From Candidatus Hodarchaeota archaeon (GTDB lineage: Archaea; Asgardarchaeota; Lokiarchaeia; Sigyniarchaeales; SOKP01), in the NCBI GenBank assembly GCA_048887225.1, contig JBHLJY010000003.1, positions 168,395-232,394 of the forward strand: a DNA stretch of 64,000 nt, written 5' to 3'. Positions 15,488 through 23,945 of the stretch are shown piece after piece (position 1 is the first letter of the stretch; each line of letters starts with the position of its first letter). The notes below the pieces were generated by a model, which did not search any database, had not been told where the DNA came from, and saw only the letters and a program-made list of their open reading frames with translations. The position numbers and the translations under genes are program-made.

Positions 15488-16183
15488 TTATAGTAGTAAG
15501 GATAATAATACTCCTTGAACTATAAGAAATTGCCCTAAAATGTATGTTAACATTATATAAATTCTAATGTTAGGAATTTTCATTTCCTTATTAAAAGTAT
15601 CTATAGCGATCATAGAATCTGAAATCATAAATAATATAGACCCAAACCAAACTAAAAAGAAACAAGGACAATAGATTTCAAATAATGCTAATCGCAAAAT
15701 AGCAGTAACATGCATTGTAAGGATTGCCACCATGTAAATATATACCGGAATTTTCAAATCCCCCATATGATCTTTATATTTTGGAAATGTTAAGAGTAGA
15801 ATAAAAATTACTGGTATTAATAAAACATATCCATATATAGGAAAAGCTATAATATTAACGCCTACAGACAGCAAAAACGAGATTATATAAAAAATATGCC
15901 CAAGTAAAAAAGCGGCCATTCCGTATATAAACCATTTATCCTTATTTTCAAGCATCAGGAAGATATCTCCAGCACATCCGCATAAAAGTGCTACAACGAT
16001 TAACCAATCTATATTAATTGCAATTGCTCCAAAAATATAATATAAAACTAACAAAGGCATCAATAAGGGTTTAGAAATATGTTCTAATATTTTTTTTTCT
16101 TTTGCAACAGCAGCTATATCTGAAGCTGTGAAAACGAAAAATAAGACTAAAAAGAGGTACATATATACCATATTATTTTTCAC
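15488..16183 (-). CDS. YhhN-family membrane protein (lysoplasmalogenase/TMEM86-like)
   Basis: 231-aa polytopic ORF with motifs KPLLMPLLVLYY, GDIFLM and LLGHIFYI, as in the YhhN family. Confidence 0.6.
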   Translation of the reverse strand: MKNNMVYMYLFLVLFFVFTASDIAAVAKEKKILEHISKPLLMPLLVLYYIFGAIAINIDWLIVVALLCGCAGDIFLMLENKDKWFIYGMAAFLLGHIFYIISFLLSVGVNIIAFPIYGYVLLIPVIFILLLTFPKYKDHMGDLKIPVYIYMVAILTMHVTAILRLALFEIYCPCFFLVWFGSILFMISDSMIAIDTFNKEMKIPNIRIYIMLTYILGQFLIVQGVLLSLLL

Positions 16184-16324
16184 TTTAAATGAAGTTTTTT
16201 AATTAAATAATTATCTTTGTTTTAATATTTAAATATCTGTGGATTTTAAAATTATTTAAATTTAAAAGAAGATATCTATTAAAAATAGAAATCAAAAATT
16301 GGTTAAATTAATAGAGGGAATAAT

Positions 16325-17593
16325 TTGCCAGAATTAAAAGAAGTTGTAGTAGTTGATGGAGTTAGAACACCCATTGGGAAATCTGGATGGAAAGCTGCAA
16401 GCGGAGGCAAAAAGCCGGGAATTTTGTTTAATTCTACAGCTCACGAGATGTTAAAGACAGTAATTGAAAGATTGGTGGAAAATGTTAAAACTAAATCCAG
16501 TGCTTTTAATTCAGCTGAGATTGAGGATGTTGCTATAGGTTGTAGTGCCCAATATGGTGAACAAGCGGCAAATTTAGGAAGAATTGCGGTTCTTCTTGCT
16601 GAAAATATTCCAGACAACGATGTTCCTGGTAAAACTATTGATCGATACTGTAACGCTGGATTAGAAGCAATTAATAGTGAGGCTCAAGCTATTATGTGTG
16701 GAAATGGAGAGATAGCAATCGCTGGTGGTATTGAATTTATGAGCAAATACCCTTTAGGGAGTTCTCTTAATGCGACTATTATAAATGGCAGGAAGCACAT
16801 CTTTCATAGACAATTTATGAAAAAACAAAACATCATGGGTATGTCAGCTGAGATGGTTGCTGAAAAATATGGATTAACAAGAGAGGATTTAGACGATTTT
16901 GGTGCATTGTCCCAAAAAAAAGCAGTATTGGCTATGAGAGATATAGAGTGGTATAAAAAAAGAATCGCTCCTGTAACTATTGTCGAGAAAATTGAAGGAA
17001 AACGCGTTAAAAATACTTATAATAAAGATGAAACCCCAAGAGAGGAATTTGCCAACAATTTTGAAGTTGCTAGAGAAAAAATGAAGACTTTAAAACCAAG
17101 ATTTAAGCCTAAAGGTGGCATAGTTACAGCAGGCAATTCATCTGCTATTGTAGATGGGGCAGCAGCAGTTATGTTAATGTCTCAAGAAAAGGCTGATGAA
17201 TTAAGCATAAAACCTATGGCTAAAATACTCTCTTGTGCTGTTGCCGCTTCTGAACCGAGAATTATGTTATTAGGACCGATTCCAGCGCAAAAGAAAGCAC
17301 TTCGAAGGGCGGGAAATCTAAGGATGGATGATATGGACATAATAGAACCTAATGAAGCCTTTGCCTCACCTTGTCTTGCTTTTGCTAAGGAATTTGGATA
17401 TGCTTTTGATGATCCGAGAGTTAATCCCACAGGTGGAGGTATAAGCTTAGGTCATCCAATTGGAGCTTCTGGAGTGATTTATTTCTTGGAAATGGTCTGG
17501 GAAATGGTAAAAAAAAATCATCGATACGGAATTCAGACATTATGTGGTGGCGGCGGCGTAGGAATTGCAACTGTTGTAGAAAGAGAAAAATAA
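16325..17593 (+). CDS. acetyl-CoA C-acetyltransferase (thiolase)
   Basis: 422-aa ORF with a TTG start preceded by AGAGGGA. The active-site Cys context is DRYCNAGLEAI. The C-terminus has NEAFAS, GGGISLGHPIGASG and LCGGGGVGIA. Confidence 0.85.
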   Translation: MPELKEVVVVDGVRTPIGKSGWKAASGGKKPGILFNSTAHEMLKTVIERLVENVKTKSSAFNSAEIEDVAIGCSAQYGEQAANLGRIAVLLAENIPDNDVPGKTIDRYCNAGLEAINSEAQAIMCGNGEIAIAGGIEFMSKYPLGSSLNATIINGRKHIFHRQFMKKQNIMGMSAEMVAEKYGLTREDLDDFGALSQKKAVLAMRDIEWYKKRIAPVTIVEKIEGKRVKNTYNKDETPREEFANNFEVAREKMKTLKPRFKPKGGIVTAGNSSAIVDGAAAVMLMSQEKADELSIKPMAKILSCAVAASEPRIMLLGPIPAQKKALRRAGNLRMDDMDIIEPNEAFASPCLAFAKEFGYAFDDPRVNPTGGGISLGHPIGASGVIYFLEMVWEMVKKNHRYGIQTLCGGGGVGIATVVEREK

Positions 17594-17765
17594 ATTAGAA
17601 GAATACAAAATTTTATTCTTTAATATATAGAAGGTTCTAATATTTTTTTTAAAATAAGTTTAATTTGATATAAAGAGATCTTCTTATTAAATTAAATAAT
17701 ATAATTTTAAAGGTGAATTTATTATTACACTTTCATATGTAAGATGGTAAAATGGAGCAACGGTT

Positions 17766-18434
17766 ATGGGGGTCTTTATTTTTTCATGCTTATTTGGATT
17801 ATTTTTTGTAATTAGAGCTAGAAAGCTAAATGTTAATCTTCTTTTATATCTCGGATGTACTTACTTTTTTGCAGGTCTAGTTTATTTAGGAGATGTATTA
17901 GATTTCGTAACAATTCTTTTAACTGGAAAAAATATTGATAATAGATTTGGACTAATAGGACTAATAAATTGGATGTGGTTTCCTGGAGCTGTTTTATGTG
18001 CCATATATATTGGTGTTGAGATATTAATACCCAATAAAAAATGGTATATTTTTGTAATATATTTAGTTTTAGGTATTCTCTTTGAATTATTCCTATTCTT
18101 AGATCCTTCAGGTTCTGTTACATATGCTAATCCAGCCACTCCGGGTGAGGATTTAATTAATGACAATCTCGTAGAAGATTCCATTATATACTATATAGCT
18201 TTGATTTTTTTGGTAACTATTATAGTATTAATTGGATTTGGATTTCTGGTTAAAGCTATACAATCAAGAGGCATTATTAGAAAGAAATTTTTTTATTTAT
18301 CAATAGGAGGCTTTATTTATACTATAGGTGATATATTAGATGGCTTATTTTCTCCTGGTATAATCTTGGTATTTATTAGATCTGTAATGATTGGGAGCGT
18401 TTGGCTCTTTTATTTAGGTTTACAGCCAACTTGA
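17766..18434 (+). CDS. hypothetical polytopic membrane protein
   Basis: 222-aa ORF with about 7 hydrophobic segments. No recognisable family motif. Confidence 0.5.
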   Translation: MGVFIFSCLFGLFFVIRARKLNVNLLLYLGCTYFFAGLVYLGDVLDFVTILLTGKNIDNRFGLIGLINWMWFPGAVLCAIYIGVEILIPNKKWYIFVIYLVLGILFELFLFLDPSGSVTYANPATPGEDLINDNLVEDSIIYYIALIFLVTIIVLIGFGFLVKAIQSRGIIRKKFFYLSIGGFIYTIGDILDGLFSPGIILVFIRSVMIGSVWLFYLGLQPT

Positions 18435-18498
18435 ATCAAACCTAATGTGATTATTGTAGAAAATTAGATTATAATAAGTAGATCAAAAAATGTTTTGA

Positions 18499-18876
18499 TT
18501 AATCTGGAGTTAATTCGTCCAAGTCTGATAAATCCAATCCGGAATCTAGAGTCTCTGGAATTTCCGAAAGGAATTCGTCGAGAATTTCTTTCAATTCATC
18601 TCCAGATCTCTTTAATATAAGTCTAATTAACCCAATGTTTATATCAGGATCGGAAATTAAACATAATACTCCTTTTGGTCCGCAGCTGGCTGCAAATATT
18701 TTTCCACCTGAGAATTCGCTCGTAACTATATCTAAATCTCCTAATTCGAGATTTTTTCCTTGTTCTTCACTGGCACAGAATACTGCACTTGCAATAGCGC
18801 CAATTCCATCCACATCAGCTGGGAAATAGGAGAATTTCGACACGCTCGCGATAGTTAATCCCGTTCGATCAACCAA
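18499..18876 (-). CDS. Roadblock/LC7-like protein (track start TTG probably too far downstream)
   Basis: 125-aa ORF. The open frame continues upstream to 18972 and encodes the missing first helix and strand (FDNILSKIIKSESGIKKVILVDRTGLTIAS), with no ATG/GTG/TTG in that stretch. Confidence 0.6.
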   Translation of the reverse strand: MVDRTGLTIASVSKFSYFPADVDGIGAIASAVFCASEEQGKNLELGDLDIVTSEFSGGKIFAASCGPKGVLCLISDPDINIGLIRLILKRSGDELKEILDEFLSEIPETLDSGLDLSDLDELTPD

Positions 18877-19172
18877 TATTACCTTCTTAATGCCCGATTC
18901 GGACTTTATAATCTTACTGAGAATATTATCAAAACTTTTTGTATCAATACTAATAGCAATACACCAATCAAATTATGATATTCTTTATAATATATTATTA
19001 GAATTTTTTATTATAAATACTCTTATGTTTATTAAAAAAAGAAGATGTATAAAAAATTATGTTTTTTGTTATTTACATCGATTTTATTCTCAAAACTCGT
19101 ATGAAAAACAAGAAAATCGATTTCTTTTACTAAGGAAATTTCAAAATGAAGCTTTATTTTTAAAAACAAATC

Positions 19173-20483
19173 TTAAAGAAGATCGTTATCCTTGACTATT
19201 TTTTTATAATGATCTCTTTCACGTCGTAATACTTTTAATTCTTTTTTCATATCAATTAATTCTTCAGTTAAATTATCTTGAACTTTTTGTTCTTTACTCG
19301 TTAAATCCCTCAGCTCAATTTTCAAACTTGCGATTCTATCTAGGTGATCTTCGTTTTCTTTTTTCAAGTTCTCAATTTCTTGGTTCAACTCATCTATCCT
19401 AGTCTCTCTCTCTTCTATTTCTTTCTTTAATTCGTTTATATTACGCTCGAGTTCTTCTTTTTCTTCAGTTGTTTTATTAATACTTTCTTTCAAAGATTTA
19501 TCAGCTTCTTTAATTTCTTCAATTTCAGCTTTATTAGTCTGAAATTCTGTAATAACCCTAGTAAGTTCCTTAATTTTTTCGTTTTTCTCGTTTAATTGAG
19601 TTTTTAAGTCCTTAATTTCATCTTCCAATACTTCTTTTTCAAGTTTTTCAAGATGTTTTTCAGGAATTCCACTTTCTAATTCTTCACTCATATTAACTTT
19701 TAGTTCTGAATCAATTACTTCGCTAACTTTCTCTTCACTTATCTCTCCTTCATTTACTACTTCTTCAATTACTTGCTCATCATCACTAATTTCTTCAATG
19801 TCTCCTATAGAAGTTTCAGATAATTGGGTGATCTCTTTTTCCTCAACTTCCATCTGATACTGTTCTAATTCTTTAATGAATTTAGCTTTTAGTTCTGTAT
19901 CAATTTCTTCACTAACCTCCTTTTCACTTACTTTTTTTTCTTCATCAATTACAATTTCATTATTTAAAAGCTCATCAGCAATTTCTTCTTCACTAACCTC
20001 TTCAACGTCGCTAATAGGTGGAGTATATACCTCGGTTATCTCCTCTTCTTCAACTTCCTCCCAATATGGTTCTAAATCTTCACTTTTTAACATCAAAAAG
20101 AAATCTTTAAATATGTCATCGAAATCTGGATTATTATCTTTTTTAGGTAATAATATATGAGCGATTCTTCTTAACATTCCCTCAAAATCTTTTGGAATGC
20201 CAACTTTTTCAAATTCCTCGGTTTCGATAAACACAGTAATAGCATAACAAGGTAGACCTACATATCGGCCTGGCGAAAAACCAGAAAAAAAACTTGCAAC
20301 TCTATAATCAGCAAATTCTATTTTAAAAAAATTAGGTCCTTTTTTACTCGTCCAATGAAGCATATGAATATCCGTTAAATCAGTCATATTTATATTTAAA
20401 TTTTTAAAAAGATCGTCTGGATATTGTGCATCAATAAAAGCTTCAGAATTCTCGTCAAACCCTAAAATCATAATTCCTTTCAA
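19173..20483 (-). CDS. hypothetical protein: globular N-terminal domain (longin/roadblock-like by pattern), acidic tandem repeat, long C-terminal coiled coil
   Basis: 436-aa ORF. The N-terminal ~130 aa are globular. Residues ~148-270 are a duplicated acidic unit. The C-terminal ~160 aa are a Lys/Glu heptad-rich coiled coil. Confidence 0.6.
   Translation of the reverse strand: MKGIMILGFDENSEAFIDAQYPDDLFKNLNINMTDLTDIHMLHWTSKKGPNFFKIEFADYRVASFFSGFSPGRYVGLPCYAITVFIETEEFEKVGIPKDFEGMLRRIAHILLPKKDNNPDFDDIFKDFFLMLKSEDLEPYWEEVEEEEITEVYTPPISDVEEVSEEEIADELLNNEIVIDEEKKVSEKEVSEEIDTELKAKFIKELEQYQMEVEEKEITQLSETSIGDIEEISDDEQVIEEVVNEGEISEEKVSEVIDSELKVNMSEELESGIPEKHLEKLEKEVLEDEIKDLKTQLNEKNEKIKELTRVITEFQTNKAEIEEIKEADKSLKESINKTTEEKEELERNINELKKEIEERETRIDELNQEIENLKKENEDHLDRIASLKIELRDLTSKEQKVQDNLTEELIDMKKELKVLRRERDHYKKIVKDNDLL
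19674..20042 (-). repeat. in-frame tandem duplication (~63 aa unit) inside the coiled-coil protein gene
   Basis: EITEVYTPPISDVEEVSEEE...VSEKEVSEEIDTELKAKFIKELE matches EITQLSETSIGDIEEISDDE...ISEEKVSEVIDSELKVNMSEELE. The matching DNA strings ttagttctgaatcaatta... and ttagttctgtatcaattt... lie about 190 nt apart. Confidence 0.75.
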
Positions 20484-20660
20484 TTTGACTCACACGAGGT
20501 TTTATAAATCGCAAATTCAATTTATCATAATTGAGTACTGATTACTATAATAATAATCACAATTTATTGTTTTATCTTTTTTGCTATTAAGTTAAAGATA
20601 AAAATTTTTTTACTAATTCTCTAAATTCAATTACTTTTATTGGTTTTGAGACATTTTTTA

Positions 20661-22208
20661 TTAAAAAATTTGATTTAAGCTCTCTATAGCCTTATTTACG
20701 TCAGTTGCCAAGTATGAATGTTTAAAGAAGGATGCAAAAAACGCACGATCTTCTGGATTGAAGTATTTGTAACCAAATTTTTTCCATACCATATTGGGCT
20801 GCATAGGTGCTAAAAGGGAAACAGATTGATTTTCCAATAAATTCCTAAAGTATAAATTAATTTCTTCATTTGTACTATTCTTAATAGTTGTTATTAAAAG
20901 ATCATTGGTAAATAAATTCCAAGAATCGTTAAATTGAAGGCAGAACTTCTTTATATCAATCTTCTTTTCAATAATTAAATTAGATAAAGCTCTTATAGCT
21001 ATTTCATAAGCACTTTTTTTATTTTGTTGAAAATCTGGATTAGAAATCATTATACATGGTAAATTTTTAGCATCTTTCTTTATTTGGGGTTGATTATATT
21101 CAGGCAAAAGTCGAATTAGGTTTAGTCCTAGTATGTTCCTTGTATCTTGAATGGTCCCTCCAGTTTCGAAAAACCGTTTATTAATTATATAGATTAATAA
21201 TTTTTGAGCATGAATATCCCCAAAATAAGGATAATCCGTACCAAAAAGAAGATATTCGCTCCATTTACGGTTATCTACTGACTCTTTTTTATTCGAAATA
21301 AACCATTCTCGAAAATCCTCTAAAAAATTTGCTGCGCCTTCCCCATGCAACATAGATAAATCGCCATAAGTATTGGGTTGAACGATGGTATCATAAACTT
21401 CGTGATCACCAATATTTCCCTGAGCGAAATGTGCTATTATAACTTTAAAATGTTGTAATAATTTAGGGTGGTTTATTTCTAATACGGTTCTCGCTGATTT
21501 AATCAATTCGCCAATTTCCATAATTGTCTTTTTTCCTCGTGTGTCCAAAATTATTGGCATTGAATATTTGGCAGCTTCTACTAAGATTTGGACTGCTTTA
21601 TCTGAACTAACATTATCAATCCATCCTTCGCTCCTAGGGTGTAATTTAAGCCCGCGCAACCCTAATACTTCCCTAGCGTATTTTACTTCATTAACAGCTT
21701 TTTCTCCTTCCATAGGATCACAACGGCCATAGCCGATTAATTTCATTGAGAACGGAAAGTGAGTTGTAAAGCGGGATATATTAATATTGCTTGCGCGATA
21801 TAAAGCTTCAGGAAATTTATCTCGAAATTTATCTTGAAAGGGAAAAACGACACCTTGATCGATGAATGTATAAAACTTAGATTTTTCTTTTAAATCTGAA
21901 TATAATCTGCCCAGTTTCTCTAAGACGCCATATAAATTGTCAGTGAACGGATAAGGTGTAAAAGACCATGAAATCTTGGTGGATTTATTGTTTAGCGTTG
22001 TAGTAAACGAGATTTCATTATTTTTTTTTAATTCTGCAAATAGTTTTCCTTGTACATTTCCCCAAAAATCGAAAGTCCCTGTACCTGGAGCCAATGGATT
22101 CATCATATTGGCATCGTCTACATCGTGGCCTAAATGTGAATGACAATCAATTACAAAGATATTTTCCACTCTTGTCCGTCCATTTTGTTCTATAGTCGCA
22201 GTTAACAT
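20661..22208 (-). CDS. metal-dependent amidohydrolase-fold (TIM barrel) hydrolase
   Basis: 515-aa ORF with IDCHSHLGHD near the N-terminus, KLHPRSEGW, IIAHFAQG and GTDYPYF (amidohydrolase_2-like pattern). Confidence 0.55.
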   Translation of the reverse strand: MLTATIEQNGRTRVENIFVIDCHSHLGHDVDDANMMNPLAPGTGTFDFWGNVQGKLFAELKKNNEISFTTTLNNKSTKISWSFTPYPFTDNLYGVLEKLGRLYSDLKEKSKFYTFIDQGVVFPFQDKFRDKFPEALYRASNINISRFTTHFPFSMKLIGYGRCDPMEGEKAVNEVKYAREVLGLRGLKLHPRSEGWIDNVSSDKAVQILVEAAKYSMPIILDTRGKKTIMEIGELIKSARTVLEINHPKLLQHFKVIIAHFAQGNIGDHEVYDTIVQPNTYGDLSMLHGEGAANFLEDFREWFISNKKESVDNRKWSEYLLFGTDYPYFGDIHAQKLLIYIINKRFFETGGTIQDTRNILGLNLIRLLPEYNQPQIKKDAKNLPCIMISNPDFQQNKKSAYEIAIRALSNLIIEKKIDIKKFCLQFNDSWNLFTNDLLITTIKNSTNEEINLYFRNLLENQSVSLLAPMQPNMVWKKFGYKYFNPEDRAFFASFFKHSYLATDVNKAIESLNQIF

Positions 22209-22235
22209 TTTTACTATACTCTATTATAAATAATT

Positions 22236-23894
22236 CTACTCCCTCATCTCTTTAGGAAGAGTTAAAACTCCCGTAAGAGGATTATTTAAAGGATCTTTAC
22301 AATATTCAATTGTGAAATAAATTAAGTCATATAAGATACTTGGATCTTCTCCTTGTTTTAATTTGTAGTCATATAAAGACAATTGATATTCGGCTTCTGT
22401 AATAGGGGGTTTTGCGTAGGAGACGTCACCAAAAACAGATTGCAATAGTGGTTTTAAATAAGGGGAATAGAGAAATCCTAACTCTTTTAGTGCATCTTTT
22501 AAATAGAAAAACATCCTTTGAACTGCCTGCGTCATATAACGTACAGGTTGGTCTTTAGGACCTAAATATTGCTCGGCAAAATCAGGATCATAACGAGCAA
22601 GAAATTCTCGCGTAAGAGTCGGGGCGGGTCTAAAAATAGAAATTAATCCTCTTTCTATTGCTCCTTCTCTATTAGTTGCAATTGTTTCACTTCCAGCATC
22701 GGGAACCCAAGTACCACTGTCGAGAAGTTTTCTTGCTTTATAACACATCGCTTGAATTAATAATGCAATTCCTATTCGGCGACATATTGAAATTTGAGCA
22801 TCACTTATACGAACCTCAATGGTACCCCAATCTGTAAAGGGAAAGATGTCTTGGAAGCGTCCATCTTCCAAACTAGCTTTCTGGACAATTTGGAGGAAAT
22901 AATTTTGAGCATTTTGGTCTGTTGATGTTAAATAAGGAATATAATGGTTTGGGTCGTTGTTACTTAGCATCGAGGTATTATGCTTTAATCTTAATGAGCG
23001 CACACAATTTGGTGCTGTAATTCTATTATCTATTATTTTTATTACATCAGTAGGTTGATTATTCATTATAGGAGAATTACATGTGAGAGCAATTAAGTGA
23101 GGGATAAAATTTCTTATCATACAATAAGCTTGTACTTTTTCGAGTTCAGATTTAAAAGTCCCCAGATGATTATGGTCAGCTTGTGAAAGACCTCGTTGAT
23201 ATTCCTTTGCTGCTGGATTTATTGCCGAAGCAATAATATGCAAATCTTTGGGGAGTGTATTTTTTGCTAATAAAAATAATGTAGAAGCCCAATATGCAAG
23301 TTCTTCGACAAATTCACAAGGTGGAGTAACTAATTCCAAGATATAAGTGATTGCCGTAACATTTCCATCGCGCGCAAAAGAATCTATATCCACGTAAGAT
23401 CCATCAGGCAGTTGATATCTTAATTTCATTGCAAAACCTTTTTCAATATCCTCTACGCCCCAAGGGTGTGCCAAAACCTTTTGACGTACATATTCAGGAA
23501 CAGGTAAAAAATCGGCCCTCCTATTGTATAAAATTTGATCCATAATTTTAATGGCCTCCTTCACAATTTCTCGCATTCTAAACACCATTTCATCACCATC
23601 AGGATATGCTCCTACATCATCAGCTATAATTAGTTCCATCTCTATACCGTGAGTGAAGGGTAATGGCCTCCATAGTTCTACATCAGCTAGTATTTCTGCC
23701 CAAGGTCTATCATAATGCCAACTATAGATTTCTCGATAGTCTGTTCCGATAAATAGATTATCGCCCGATCTATCAACTGGATTTCCTAATGAAACTCCTG
23801 GAGGTAATCCTTTTACTTTTTGAATTTTCTTAGATACCTTCGATTTGCTTTTTCCTTTTTTCTTCTTTTTTCTCTTTTTTTTGTCTTTTGCCAT
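22236..23894 (-). CDS. glutamate-cysteine ligase family 2 / carboxylate-amine ligase-like protein with polybasic N-terminus
   Basis: 552-aa ORF. HGIEMELIIAD and IEVRISDAQ resemble GCS2 signatures. The N-terminus is MAKDKKKRKKKKKGKSKSKVSKK. Confidence 0.45.
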   Translation of the reverse strand: MAKDKKKRKKKKKGKSKSKVSKKIQKVKGLPPGVSLGNPVDRSGDNLFIGTDYREIYSWHYDRPWAEILADVELWRPLPFTHGIEMELIIADDVGAYPDGDEMVFRMREIVKEAIKIMDQILYNRRADFLPVPEYVRQKVLAHPWGVEDIEKGFAMKLRYQLPDGSYVDIDSFARDGNVTAITYILELVTPPCEFVEELAYWASTLFLLAKNTLPKDLHIIASAINPAAKEYQRGLSQADHNHLGTFKSELEKVQAYCMIRNFIPHLIALTCNSPIMNNQPTDVIKIIDNRITAPNCVRSLRLKHNTSMLSNNDPNHYIPYLTSTDQNAQNYFLQIVQKASLEDGRFQDIFPFTDWGTIEVRISDAQISICRRIGIALLIQAMCYKARKLLDSGTWVPDAGSETIATNREGAIERGLISIFRPAPTLTREFLARYDPDFAEQYLGPKDQPVRYMTQAVQRMFFYLKDALKELGFLYSPYLKPLLQSVFGDVSYAKPPITEAEYQLSLYDYKLKQGEDPSILYDLIYFTIEYCKDPLNNPLTGVLTLPKEMRE

Positions 23895-23945
23895 TGATCT
23901 ATATCCTTTTTTTTAATTTGATCTTTGATGTACTTTTTCTTAAAA

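Noticed and set aside
18890-19195. 101-aa plus-strand ORF between the Roadblock and coiled-coil genes
   Set aside because: It overlaps the probable upstream extension of the Roadblock gene and the 3' end of 19173-20483. The sequence is low-complexity Ile/Leu/Phe/Asn.
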